NCBI GenBank assembly: GCA_008632985.1
Contig: QPGO01000027.1
Span: forward strand, 434,001-498,000
Reading direction: 5' to 3'
Length of the DNA stretch: 64,000 bases
Source: Psammoneis japonica
Taxonomy: Eukaryota
The position numbers were made by a program, and so were the translations under genes. The notes beneath the pieces were generated by a model. The model did not search any database, was not told the origin of the DNA, and worked only from the letters and a program-made list of their open reading frames with translations. Below are positions 24,995-37,928 of this stretch, one piece after another. The first letter of the stretch is position 1, and each line of letters begins with the position of its first letter.

Positions 24995-27745
24995 CACATC
25001 TCAGATTGTTGCCCCCCCCCCCCCCCCCCCCCCCCGACGTTCTTGGGGCAAACTGGCTTGTGCTCTGACAGGCATCAGAGACCACAGAAGACAATGGTTG
25101 TGAAGCTGTTCTTTGAGCACAGCCTCTTCAACATCTGTGCTCATTTCTTTGGGCCATCAAATGCTGCCACACAATGTGGCTCAATGCCTGCATGTTTTCA
25201 CCTTGCTGGCTGAGTTGACAGGCAAGGGGGGTGCTTCATTTGGAGTGAAGCCTGCCAGAAAGCTTTTGTTGAGATGAAGTCAGCCATGTCAAGCATGATC
25301 CTTCTCCAATGTCTCAACTGCAATCTCCTGTTTCACATGTTTGCTGGTCAATCTGACTGCCAGATGTGCATGGCTCTGTCATTCAGGATGACAAGCTGGT
25401 TGCTTGTTGGTCCAAGAAATTGTTGGTGGTGCAGCACAGCTGCTCCACCATGGAAGAAAGAAGAGCTGCTTGTTGTTGTCATCTGCTTCAAGGATCTACA
25501 CACCACACCACTTGGCAGAGACATTGCTGCTCACACTGATCCCAGAAATCTCACTTTTTGAACTTTGAGTGCTCAGCGAGTCTTCAGGTGGCATTTTTTC
25601 CTGGAAAATTTTGCTCCACAGCTTTTTTGTGTGAAGACAAGGGCAACTCACTGACCGCTTTTTTCATTTTCCACATGTGGATCTGCCTTCAGAGTGGAAA
25701 AGTCTGGGGCCAAACAGCAAGCACAAGGGCCACCCAGATGGTCAGCCTCAAAAGTTGCATGCTTCCAAATTGATGAAGGAAGAGCAAGATGATGACCCAG
25801 GTTTTGTCACTGGCACTTTTGTGGATGAACCTGCACTGAGTTCAATGCTTTGTCTTCTGTTCTTGATGAGCCAGAGTTGTTTGAAGGTTTCTTGAGGCAT
25901 CAAAGCTTGGGGAGAAAATGCCAAATCAAGTGGAGATTTGTGATTGCAGGAGCTTTAAATTCAAGCACTGCTGGCAGCTGAGCCACTGGCAAAAGCAGCA
26001 GAGCCCTTGTTGGAACTTTGTTGTCAAAATCATGAGTGCTTGTCCTTTGATTTGTTGTCATCAGCTGACTCAATCTGCCTGGAGCTTGGAAAATTTGTGC
26101 CCCAACTGATTTGTTGTCTGATGTCTTGTCACATGGCACCATCATGTTCTGGGGCATTGTGGAGTTGTTTGTGCCATCATGAAAACATCTGGGCTGAACT
26201 CACCAGCGCACTGCCCCAATGGTCCATTGGTGTCTTGGGCTGAACAAGTTGCAGCTGATTTGGTTGGGGACATGAAGGGCAGCGATTTGGTGTCATGACC
26301 TGGAATTTGATGTGCTCACTTGTGTTGACACAGTGACCAGTTCAACACAACTTTCACAAATTGGTGACAGCAAAACATTGCAACACGTTGCTGACAAGTG
26401 CTGCAATCCTTGGTTGTCTTTCTGTCCAAGACTGAGTTGCTGCACTCTTGACAATGGCAACACCACGTTTGTTGGCAACGTTGTTGGCTGAGAGTTTTGT
26501 TTGCTGTTGAGTCAAGTGGTGGGTGCTGTGGATGCATCAAATGGTGTGCTGCACTCATTGCTGACCCACCTGACAATCTTCAACAGGCAAAAATGAATTT
26601 GAGGACAATGCTTTGGCTGCTGCCTCACATGCCTTGCATTGTCCTTTCTCAAGGGCTGTGCAGGAATCTTTTCAGGCCCACACCAGCATTTCAACATGAC
26701 GCAATTTTTGGCCCATCAGCAGGAGCTGTCTGTGATTCAAGCCAACCACCAAGCATTGACTACAACTTGCACCGTCTGGCTTTGAAACAAGGTCTCGTGC
26801 TCCTCTCACTCTTTCGCCTCCGCCGCGCCACCAACAGCTTTGCCTGCAGGGCATGGCTGGTTATACAGTCGCATCGAACCAAAACGTGCGCGATCAACTA
26901 GCTCTATCCCCGGCCACCTTCATACAGTAACTGCGCACCATAAACTCTAGGGTTGTAAGAGTGCTTATACTTAGCTTCTGCTCTATAATTTTCAATCTGC
27001 TAAGTCTATCATCTTCAACTCTTCAAGGTGATCGCCACCCTACTGTACACTCTGCTCAGATAAGTTCTTAGCCAGAGCCAGCAACACTCTCCTTCAGAAA
27101 AGTTCCTTTGTGGCTCATCAAGAAGTCGGATGAATGCCGTTTTTATCAAAGAGTGGATTACTCGATGCAGATTCGGGTCATTCAAGATTGCACACAGGCG
27201 TGCGTGGCAAAAGGCAAGTCTTGGGCAAAATGAATTGTCCAATGTAGTACTCTCATCACTAACGTCTCTTGAGGAAAGCTCTTACGTGTGCTAATGACTA
27301 GGGACCAATTCTCTCCAGATCAACAGTCATGTCTGCTGGATCAAACCCCACAGCAGGTCGCAGTTTCTCGCCTTGGCTTGGACCATAGAGTGCTAGAGCT
27401 TGGCACCTAGTAGATAGAGAGCATGCCGAGTGACGCATTGCATCATGGAGACAAAAGTCACTAGCCCCATTGACGTTGACTTGGCCAGTCTGTGGCAACT
27501 GGCACGTCGTCTCCTTATTCCGACGTGTATTCCAACCGTCATTGTAGTCCATCTTGTCAAAATGTTGCGTTGTTCCAGTAGCCGCTCCATGTTAGAGTGA
27601 TTGCAAAAGGCACTGCGACAACCACTGGTATCGAACGGAGGCGGAACAACAGAACGAAGGCGTGCTGTGCGTGTAAGAACAGTGCAAGGAGGGTACCGTC
27701 CGGCACCTACATGCGGAGGCGGAGTTGCAGCTTACCTTGAGATTG

Positions 27746-28879
27746 CTACCGATCGTCAAAGGAGGCGCCAACAAACACCAATCCATGAGGAGGGACAGGC
27801 TTTGCACACACTGACCGGTCTCGTTCTACAATTATGTCCAAAAGCCGATCAAGCCCTTGTTTGTCAAGAACTTCTCTCAACGCTGTTGCAACAAGGATTC
27901 TGATCATGCGTCTCAGAAATCGATCACCAACTAATTGTATGCAAAGCGCTCTTGCTTCATTTCGTGTGACAATTGCGGCGCGTGCGTAGTGTAAGGTGCA
28001 CAATGTCGACTGCGGTGTCGTTTTTCCATACGACATGCCATAGAAATCTAACTCCAATCCTTCTAGACGTTGCAACATGCCATTCAAGACTGAAATGTCG
28101 CTTTCCGAAAGAATTGATACCTCCCCAAGGTCAAGAACGTAGGCATATGCCCGATTGAGAGCAGCAAATGTTGGGTGGAAATCTTGCGACACTCGAGATA
28201 CTCGTAAAATTCGAAGCGATCCATTCTCGACAATTGGCATTTTTGCCATGTGATGCATTATATCCTGTGGTTCCAGGTTTGTGTTGCGAGTGCGAAACCG
28301 ACAAACCTGACCAATGGCATGTACTCCTGCGTCAGTACGCCCACACACGCGTAAGGTTACCTTTCTTCCTTGGTTCAAATGCTCCAACCACTCTTGCATA
28401 GTCTGTTCGACTGAAGGAAGAGACTTGTTTCTTGGTTGTTTCTGCCACCCACAAAAGTCTGAGCCGCGATAGGCGAAATCAATTCTGAAGTTTTGTTCTC
28501 GAGAATAAGGAAACGAGGTATTGCTTAGAGTTGACGTTGTCTGAACTAATCTATTAGGGTCGAATAATGAAGCAAAAAGAGATTCGTAATTATTCGGAAT
28601 CGACAACGATCGATCCATACCGAAGCTTGGATCCTCTCGCTTCAGAAGCGGCGTGCACATCACATCCGATTCTGTGTCGAGTACAGCATCTATGATTTTA
28701 TGGACTGTTTTGAAGCTGTCTTTGCCACCCCACAATTTGTGTGCTTGAAGCTCATGCTTGATACGATAATTCTCACTATACGCGCTAATCAAGCAGGAAT
28801 ACGAACCGACCCATCCCAAAACACCATGCTTTAGCCACGATGTGAGGAAGAACACACCGATCAGGAGTGGTGTCGTCAT
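27746..28879 (-). CDS. tRNA pseudouridine synthase, TruA/Pus1 family, with N-terminal targeting peptide
   Basis: YRGSDFCGWQKQ, CGRTDAGVHA (catalytic Asp), FHPTF, RAYAY, FLRRMIR and PPHGL motifs. Confidence 0.92.
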   Translation of the reverse strand: MTTPLLIGVFFLTSWLKHGVLGWVGSYSCLISAYSENYRIKHELQAHKLWGGKDSFKTVHKIIDAVLDTESDVMCTPLLKREDPSFGMDRSLSIPNNYESLFASLFDPNRLVQTTSTLSNTSFPYSREQNFRIDFAYRGSDFCGWQKQPRNKSLPSVEQTMQEWLEHLNQGRKVTLRVCGRTDAGVHAIGQVCRFRTRNTNLEPQDIMHHMAKMPIVENGSLRILRVSRVSQDFHPTFAALNRAYAYVLDLGEVSILSESDISVLNGMLQRLEGLELDFYGMSYGKTTPQSTLCTLHYARAAIVTRNEARALCIQLVGDRFLRRMIRILVATALREVLDKQGLDRLLDIIVERDRSVCAKPVPPHGLVFVGASFDDR

Positions 28880-29365
28880 AATCGATTTTAAATTGTTTTG
28901 GCATTCACCAACGCTATAATTCAACCAAAAGAGGCATTCCTAACTCAACTTCGTAACAAACTAGTTGACATGGTAGATCGATCGTGCTTGGGAACGGCGA
29001 CGGCGGCGGGAGATCTTTTGTCACATCATGGTGATCGCACCGAGATAATGCTGGATTCCACTTGTCTCTACTACTAGAAAACCATGTACATTTCTACGTA
29101 CACAAAAAAGCCATATTGAATTTCAGACCTCGTAGACCTCGTATCGAATAATGTTGTTTGGCGATACGGCGGCGATTGAAGCGAAGCTTAGGCTACCATG
29201 GCAGCCCTCCATGGTTAGAAACTGGTTAAGGAGGGTAAGGATAAGTAATCCACAGTTACTTTTGCTCCAAATAATGACAGCCGGTCACGTATTGTGACGG
29301 AAGAGTTTCGCGCTTCACCATATTTTTTAGCTATTATATAACCTGATGTCGCTCCCTCTGTCAGA

Positions 29366-29437
29366 TCCGAGATAGTATAGTGGCTAGTATCCCCGCCTGT
29401 CACGCGGGAGACCGGGGTTCGATTCCCCGTCTCGGAG
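29366..29437 (+). tRNA. tRNA-Asp (GUC)
   Basis: Acceptor stem TCCGAGA/TCTCGGA, anticodon arm CCCGC-CTGTCAC-GCGGG, T-arm GGTTCGATTCC, followed by a T-rich Pol III terminator. Confidence 0.97.
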
Positions 29438-29539
29438 TTTCTTTTGGTTGGGTTGTTTCCTTTTGTTTTGCATTATTTGTGTGGTCCAATTTTCTCTTTG
29501 AAGAGTTTAATTTTTTCTCCCGCCTAGAAACCATGGCCG

Positions 29540-32500
29540 CTGGACGCTGGGGCAGAAGAACCTTGCAGCATGCAGAGACGCTCACTGGGTTTTTTTATGA
29601 TTGTTTCTGAAGAACTTGCCAGTCGTCCCAAAAGAGTTTGTGGGTGCATGTGTTGCGCCTGGCAAGGAATCGCCACAGGCATGTTTCACAAATGACAGGG
29701 AGGGGTGGCCACGGGCTGGAATTTTGAGGAGGGCCAACCAAGCACAGCTGGCTTGCACCAAGAAGCAGAAGAACTTTGTTGCACGCAGAAAGGCTCTCTG
29801 GGATTTTTCTTTGACGCCTGTTTCTGGAGAGAGGCTTGCTGGACCCCCAAAAGCACCCTGGCTTGCCACCAGAGATGGCCCAGAGCACTGACTCTCTCTC
29901 TGTTTTGCACATGATGTGGGGGGTGGGCACTGCCAGCCACTGAGAACAGCTTCAAGAAAAACCCCTGGCCACATTGTTTGCAAAAATGGCAGGGCCCAAA
30001 CACACCCCAGCAAGAGCCGGCTGCAACCTCACATCAGTCAAGCCAAGTTGCCTGCCAGAAGTCTTGCAGTTTGACCATCTCATCCTCAGCTGCATCTCTC
30101 ATGTTCTTGAAATGCCATTTGTCATTTGAGCGGAACTTTTCTGTTGTTGTTTGAATGCCCTGCTGCACACAAAATGGTTTTTGTGTGGGGCACACCAGTG
30201 TGTTGCCCCCCCCCCCCCCTTTTGTGTGTGTGTGGGCACAACTGAAGCAAAGTCATGTGTTTGTCACCAGTGGAAGCAATGGGCAACAGTGCATTGTGCA
30301 TGGCCAGCTTTGGAGCATTCACAGCTGCGCAGCAGCTCAGCAAAAGCTTGTGATGCACTGGCTTGTTTTTCTGTTTCTGCTCAAAGAGAGCTCTGCCAGC
30401 TTCCTTTGCTGCATGCATTCCACAATCTGCCATGGTGCAAGGATCAAAACCAAAAAAGGAAAAATGGTGGTGGGAGTGCCACACACAAAAACAAAAAGAA
30501 AAAAACCGCGCAGCTCTCTGTGCCAGCCACAACACCTCCTTCTCTTGGGCTGGAGTTGTGAAAATTGAGGCATGCCGCGCAAGAAGTTGAAGCACTGAAA
30601 AAGGAAGTTTCACAGCAATCACAAAAATGGTGCACAAAGTGACCCAACACATGACAACTCATCTTGGTCAAGTTGGAACACTTGTCCCTTTTTGCTGCTG
30701 ACCATCTGAGGTGTGTTTTCACTTTTGGACAAAAATTTCACAAGGTTTTCTGCACATTTCTGTGTGTGTCACATGAATTTGGCACCAACCAAGTGTGCAC
30801 AAAGTGTGCACTGAGTGTCAGCAGGCCGGCACCATGACCCACGAGAACAGTTCTCTGAGTGCAGTTGGATCACATGGCTGAGCACCATGACATCTTGCCA
30901 ACAGGCACAGCAGATCCACAATTTCAAATGATGGGTGTCAACAAATGACAGTTGTGCTGCTGCTTTGATGTGGCTGCACAACATCTGGATTGCAACAATT
31001 TTTTCTGCATCTCACACAGATGTCTGATGGGTCTGGAATGTGAGCAAAAGCAACCACCATGCCTGAACCTCACCAGCCAAAGACATGGGTGGGTTGTTTC
31101 CTTTTGTTTTCACATCTGTCTGGTTTGATTTTCTCTTGTTTGGCAGGATGAAAATTTTCTCCCACCATGTTTGACATGCACCAACTTTTGCTTGACAAGC
31201 AAGTGCAGATGTGTTTTGTGAACAACAGGGCAGGAGACAGTGCTGCACATGACAAAAGCTGCTGGCTGGTGCTTTGTGAGGGCACAGCCAAGTGCTTGGC
31301 CAGAAACTTGGGCTGCTGGAAGCTGGGGCACCAGAAGAACCTGGCACACAGAGAGATTCTGGGGGTCATCTGATCACTGTTTTTGGAGAACTTGCCACAG
31401 ACCAAAAACAGCTGCATGTGTGACAGCCACACACCCCAGCCAGCTCTCTGTTTGTCTTCTGTCTTTTGTGTGTGTCATTTGGTGTGTGTCTCAGCTGAGT
31501 CAGACTGTGCATCATGGACAATGGACCGGCACTTTTTAGACAGTTGACATGATCTCTTTGAGATGTTTTCTTGCTCTTTCTTGCCAGCGCACATGTCATC
31601 TGCTGGTGCTGCTGCACCCAGATTGCATGAAAAGCTTCTCAGCAACATTGCCACAGGTTGTGGCCTTGTTGGGTCATTGTTCTTCTGCCTTGCAGATCCC
31701 ATTGTGATGATTTGTTTGGTGTTTTTGTGAGCTGAGCAAGACTGCTGCCATTTTTTGACCCTTGCGGTGTTTTTTTTTTTCTTTGCAGCACATCAAACTT
31801 TGACTTTGCTGTTTTGATGCTTGTTGTGTGCACTTTGCTGAAGACTCCCAGGACCCTGCACCTTGAGCAACCCTTTGACTTTTCTGTCACCAAAACAACA
31901 AGTGCAGTTGCAGAAGACAACTCTTTTTGCATCCTCTGTGAGCTCTTCATGTTGCATGAAAAGTGCAAACAATTGTCATTTGAAGTTGGCTGGGTGCAAC
32001 AAAAGAAATGGCAAAACATTTTCTGGCCATTTTCTCAGCACTTCAAAAAAACAAAAGCAGGCCCAGGGAAAGAGTCAATGAAAAGTTGGGGGAAAGTTTG
32101 TCAGATTTGCAAATGACCTCCGCATGTGCACTTGTCACCTGGGCATTTCTCACAGAGGGTAAAAACATGTGACACCTGGGCTCTGTGACAAGCCACTTCT
32201 GTTTTTGTGTGCAGTGTGCTCGAGACAAAGGGCTGTCGACACTCTTCGCCACAGCTCCTGCTCCAACTTCACCCTGCTGATGCTCCCCACTCCACCCTTG
32301 ACCTCTGCTTCCTCTCCATGATGCCAGTCTGCCTTTGTGCCTTCTCACTCACATCGACCTGTGGCTGCCCTTTGGTGGTCAGCCACACGCCCCTGCTGCA
32401 GAAACACCAACGCCCATTCCCTTGCAGATCAGCTTGCCCGATGTGCCCTGAAACTTGACAAATCACTTGCCTTTGCCGTCCACCAAACTGCCAACGTTTC

Positions 32501-32750
32501 CATTCTGCCTCTGTGGCAACTTTGTGATCTCCCCATTCTATCTATCTACAGCATCTTACCAGTGGACATTTGTCACCCCACCCCGCACCCACACCGTCTG
32601 CTGTTCGTTCTGTCCCAAACAGTCACCTTGCAGAAAAATCAAGGAAGACGACTCGAAGCGCTCTGTTGTCGTTGATGTGTGCTGTGTCCTGTGTCATCGT
32701 TGCAACATCTGTTTCCTGGGCTGAAGTGTTTGTGTGCGTGTATGATTGCG
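29540..32750. other. TpA/CpG-depleted degenerate domain (unidentified)
   Basis: Near absence of TA over ~3.2 kb, with broken Cys/His-rich ORFs on the minus strand. Confidence 0.6.
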
Positions 32751-32793
32751 ACCAAGAGTCCATGGCAGGGAACAATTGAACCACTCAAGAGCC

Positions 32794-34014
32794 ATGATTA
32801 GTCAACGCCGTCGTCGACTGCAGCGGCCTATCAAGTCGAGTACAAATGCGGCATCTTCCGAAAGAAGAGGCAAGCCCGGGTCGCTTTGTCGCTTTGTTTG
32901 GAAATGTGTCGCTTCCTATGCCATTGTCTTTAGCTCCGTGGCGCTGGTTATATTCCTGAAACCAATCATGTTGAACAGCTTTGACATAGAACCCCTCAAA
33001 CCAGCGAGTCAGCAAGTCCACCCTCTCCAAGAGCCACCCACAGAGGCTCATCCTCATGGCGGTGCCAGAGATGAACGAGGCAAGCTAGGATACATTCATG
33101 ATGCAACTTTCTTTCATTCCCATCCAGTAGATACGGTTCCCAAGTGTCAACAGAGCCCGGGGTTGGGTACAGAGGGTAGCATGGATGCTTACAAGGCGCT
33201 CAAGAAGATTGTCGTGTCTCCGACAAACGAGTCCGGCAAGAAATTGCTCTGCATGGTGTACACACATGCGAATCGGCATGAATTTTTGCAAGTCATTCGG
33301 GAAACATGGGGTCAGAGGTGTGACGGCTTTATGGCTGCGTCCAATGCAACGGACCCACAGGTCGGAGCTGTCGATTTGACCCATTTGGGCCCGGAAGCAT
33401 ACATCAACATGTGGCAAAAAGTTCGAAGTATGTGGGCTTATGCACACGACCACTATCTGGATGACTATGACTATTTTCACATTGGTGGAGATGACATGTT
33501 TGTGATTCCCGAAAATCTGAAGAGCTACAGTGAGACACTCGATGACACAAAGCCAATCTACATGGGTGGCCCCATTGCCAACCTCCTCGGAAGGCCTCGA
33601 AAGAGATATTGTGGTGGTGGCTCTGGTTACACATTGAACCGTGCCGCTCTCTCATTGTTTGTTAAGGAACTCTTGCCAACATGCCGTCACAATGCCACCT
33701 CGCCCGGTGAAGATTACGCCATGGCCATTTGTTTCTATCAAAAGAACATCGAATGCCAAGACACGTCGGATCCTGCGTTTCGCTATCATGCGCAGGATGC
33801 ACTGTATCAATCGACATGGAGCTTTAAAGAGAGTCCACACAACATTATGCAGTCCAAGCTAAAGGATTTTCATGGTATGGACCCGCAAGACGGTCTGGAT
33901 GGAGTGTCTGTCAGTAGCATTAGTTTCCATTTGAAACAAATGCGCGCAGAGGAATCGTTCTTGACTTTAGATCGAATGCGAAGGTATTATGCTATTATAT
34001 ATGGCTCTTGCTGA
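32794..34014 (+). CDS. Glycosyltransferase family 31 (core-1 beta-1,3-galactosyltransferase/Fringe-like), type II membrane protein
   Basis: N-terminal TM helix plus LLCMVYT, TWGQRCDGF, MWQKVRSMW, YFHIGGDD, GGGSGYTLNR, EDYAM and SISFH motifs. Confidence 0.88.
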   Translation: MISQRRRRLQRPIKSSTNAASSERRGKPGSLCRFVWKCVASYAIVFSSVALVIFLKPIMLNSFDIEPLKPASQQVHPLQEPPTEAHPHGGARDERGKLGYIHDATFFHSHPVDTVPKCQQSPGLGTEGSMDAYKALKKIVVSPTNESGKKLLCMVYTHANRHEFLQVIRETWGQRCDGFMAASNATDPQVGAVDLTHLGPEAYINMWQKVRSMWAYAHDHYLDDYDYFHIGGDDMFVIPENLKSYSETLDDTKPIYMGGPIANLLGRPRKRYCGGGSGYTLNRAALSLFVKELLPTCRHNATSPGEDYAMAICFYQKNIECQDTSDPAFRYHAQDALYQSTWSFKESPHNIMQSKLKDFHGMDPQDGLDGVSVSSISFHLKQMRAEESFLTLDRMRRYYAIIYGSC

Positions 34015-34564
34015 GAAAAAAGGACACTCATTGCGACTTTCCCACGAGAGAGACGAAATTCGAAAACTCAAGAGTATCAAACAGATGGGAGCGGGGCAAG
34101 ATAAGAATATGAAACAAAACGGTAACACTACGAGGAGGCGACGAGTTTGTGTCTTTTTGAGCTGAAACGGGCAAATCGAGGTCGTCTGAATGCGATATCA
34201 TTCCGGAGCAACTAACTATCTGAAGGATTTCGCATGCGATCGAGCACACGTAAGTTTCCTCTCTCTAGTAGTCGTCACCCTTGGTTGCACATTGCTTTAC
34301 ACTCTGGTTTGAACTACTTTATCGGCGACGGACTACGTTGGAGTAGAGACCATTATCGAGTGTCTGCTAGGCCCACAGCACAATAGGCGCGACGATACTT
34401 ACACTACCCAAGTTTTGTTCATTTCTCTTTCCACAACTCATCGCGAAACACATCCCTCAGAGTTCTCAGAAACACATAGCACTCTAGGAATTCTCACTTG
34501 GTCACGTTGAACGAGAAATAGGATCAAAAGCACTCACAATAATCAAACAGAGGCATGCGATGGT

Positions 34565-35572
34565 TCACCTCGTACGCATTGAAACACAGGCTTGACGTCG
34601 CTCAATCCTCGCTTCATCCGATAAGAGCTTCGTCAGGGCCTCTACAATACCAACGGCGTCTGGTGGGAGCGGGCTCTTCTTCCATTCGAGAAGCGACTTG
34701 ATATCTTGCATGCGGCACCGAAGTGATGTCGACGTGTGGGTGCCATTTGCAGTCTGCTTCGCTTCCAAAACCCAATCAGCGACCTTGAGGACGATCGTGA
34801 GGGCGGATTCTTCATCAAACTTAGACGGCGAGAACGTCGTTTCATACCACTCCTTCTGCTTCAAGAGCTGCGCCGTGTTGTTTGTCGCGCGAATCATCTT
34901 CTCATCATGGGCGACCCTTGCAAGAACTTGTGTGATGAGGGCGCTAGTGGAGTGTTAAGCAACAAGACCGAATACAGATTGTTAGATAGACAATACACAC
35001 ACACACACACGATATTCTCCACGGTCAAACGAATCAAAAGAATACTGCACTTACTCTGTCGAAGCATCATGGCGGGTGCTCTTGCGTTTCTGTTCCTTTT
35101 TGTCCTTTTTCTTCCTTTTCTTGTTTCGTTTTGCCGTCGTCGTTGCGGCTCTACTGGGTCGGGTGGTATCCTCGGTCGCGTCCGTTGGATTCGAAGCAAT
35201 GGAGTTATCTTCCGAATCCGGGTTTGGATTTGCTTCCACCATGCCGCTTGTCGGATGTGGAGTTACTGCCAAGGGCGCGGGGAGCGGCTCACGCGGTGTC
35301 TTGAGGTCAGAATTGTTCTTGAAGGGACGTTGGTTTTCCTTGTTTAAGTCTCGGTCTACGATTCGCTGTATGAAGCGGTATATCCTGATCCACGGGATTT
35401 TGGCGGTGATGCCAAACACATGCTGTCCTTCCTCTTCGCTGACAACGAGGACATCGCCTATCCTTTCACACTCTTGCTCCACAAAGTTGACTTTGTATCT
35501 CGCAAGACCAAGGTGATCCAGTAGGAGCGAGGGCGAGGACGCGGCGGTAATATGATCCGGAAGCGGCTCCAT
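34565..35572 (-). CDS. Hypothetical protein with N-terminal SAM-like domain; 2 exons (35572-35055, 34943-34565)
   Basis: LLDHLGLARYKVNFVEQEC..IGDVL...GI resembles a SAM domain. Lys-rich NLS-like stretch. A GTAAGT..CTAG intron joins the frames. Confidence 0.6.
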
Positions 35573-36163
35573 GGTGCTTGTGTTCGACCGCTGTGTGTTG
35601 TGTGTGATGTGGAGTCCAAGTCAAATGGAAGCTCTGTAGGGAATCGTGTAGAACCATACCAGGATGTGGTCCGTACCAATGCACCGTAGAAACCACGTAG
35701 ACGGGCCCCGGCGGGCTATTTGAATCGAAAATCGCAGCAAATCAAACTTGAAAATGATGTGTACGAGTTATACGAGCAGCGGAGTGGTGCCGAAAGCGTG
35801 GTAATGTATGCAATGGAGTGTTGTTTGCGAGCATGTAATCTGAAGCGGTCAAGACAATAAGAAAAATGCAGCATGAGACAAGTGGCAAGCAGCGAAACAT
35901 AACGCCGAGAGACAAAGCCTATCTGTTGCATAGGACGGTTCTTTGCCAAAACACACTCAACACTACTTACCGAGCACAATCAAAAAGAGAGACACAAGCC
36001 GCTTGCTGTGGAGTGCTGTACGCGGACAGGACACACTGTACTGGAGCCATCGCATAAGTGACTGTAGTTCTTGTAGGAAAATGTTCTCTGAAAACAAATC
36101 GACCAGAAAAAACATCCGTATCAAGATGTTGTAGAATGATGTAGTAGCACCGCGTTTGCTCAG

Positions 36164-36761
36164 CTAGTCACTTTGTTTCATAATTTCTTGGTAAGCATCG
36201 GACAGAATCGACTCTTGCGAATTGTAAATCTTAGCACCATCAATCCCGTTCATGGCCTCGTCCAGAGTCAACCACCGCATGGCAATAATCTCGGGTCGTC
36301 CGGCAAAATATCCCGAGTCAATCTTGACCACCCGATCAATATCAAACACAATGTCATCAGCTGCCGCAGTCCACTCCTGCAGAAAAATGTTGAGAGTCTT
36401 TTTGCTAGTGCTCCCAACAAGAGTGGCAATAGGAGAAAGCTCCGTCAATGCAGAGGAACCCGTCTCTTCTAGAAATTCTCGCAAGGCAGTTTCGTGAGGA
36501 GTCTCATTCACTTCTGGCATGCCCTTGAAGACGGTCCAGAAATTACCTGGCGGAAAAATGAAACAATAATGAGTAAGAGTGTTTGCTAAGACTGTGACTT
36601 GCTCTGCTGTTGTCGCGGTGAGTTGCTGCTCGTTTCCAAGCCCACCCGAAAAACAGAAACAACGTCTCACACACACCTTGTGGTATCTTGCCGAGCAGAA
36701 ACTTGATGCCCTCTTCACCTTTTCGGAAAAGCAAGACCCCGTAGGAGGTTGGACGAGCCAT
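36164..36761 (-). CDS. Nudix hydrolase (Ap4A hydrolase-like); 2 exons
   Basis: SYGVLLF..KFLLG in exon 1 and Nudix box KGMPEVNETPHETALREFLEETG in exon 2. Intron about 36676-36548. Confidence 0.85.
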
Positions 36762-37928
36762 GATAGTCTACAGTAAGCAGAAAGTGCCTGGATGGTCACT
36801 CCTACCAGGTACATACAGCACACACAAACAGGCTGGTTTCGTTTGCTGTACCCGATCTCGAGCGAATCACCACAATGACAAGCAAAAGAACGCTAGCAGC
36901 CTCTCTCAGACTTGCATCCTCTTCCTCATCCTTTCTGATTGTTTTGAATTTCGGCGCGATGCTGACAGGGATGTGATGGCTGCTGGCTGGCTGGCGAATT
37001 GGCATGGATTTGAAAAATAAAAAATGGAAGCGTCAAAACATGAGACTTCGGTCAACGAGGAAGCACGGCATTTGGAGCGTTTCAAGACCCAATTCTCGAT
37101 ACAAAACAGGAAATGTCTTCTACGATAATATATTTCGGTTATCTTATGTAGAAATGGCGGGAAATTTCAAACAGGTAACAAGACTTGAACTTCAAATCTG
37201 ACACTCCTCCTAAATGCAAAAAGGCTACCTTATTCTGTGAAGAATCAGCTCATAAGGATGTTTTGGTCTTGTCGACGTCTTTTTTGAAATTTTTCATTTA
37301 CGCCAGCCAGCGTATTGATATATTAGGATATGCAATATGTGAACAGGAAGCACAGGGAAGGTGATGATTTTTTTACGGGATTGGGCCCTAATATATATTT
37401 AAACAACAAAGAAAAGGATTGAATTATTTCGAAAATATTAGCCTTCCAACGGATCAACTACACATAAAATTTTATATAAAGTTTAGTATCGCTTGATTAG
37501 GAATTTTCAATTTTTGATCTTGTTCAGGGGGGTGTTCGGTTCAATAACACGAATATTCGGCCATCCATCCGAGGTGCGATCCAAGTAAGAATTGTGCAAT
37601 CCCCTTCACTTTTCCAACATTGTCGTCAATCGCCTAGTGTTGTGTAAATACCAGAGGTAAGGCGACCATGAGAAACACTCGAAAGATTCGGCTTACCGAG
37701 ATGGGCTTGTTGAACTGCAATGAAGCACGTAAAGAAGTGGCGGCAATCTCGGCGTGGTTGTCTGTTGAGCTGACATCTTGTTTACAAGAACAATGACTCA
37801 CCTCCAATTTGAATCTTGTGTATATAACCCAGGTCGCCTGAGACACCTCATCCCTGTTCGAGACATTCGAATAAACTCAGGCAGCGACTCAATCCAATAA
37901 GTGAATACGTGCTTTGTGGTATCGAGCA

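Noticed and set aside
24995..26850. Further degenerate ORF fragments after the poly-C run
   Set aside because: Part of the purged domain, but no motif could be assigned.
26900..27600. Short minus-strand ORFs downstream of TruA
   Set aside because: No motifs and no consistent splice model.
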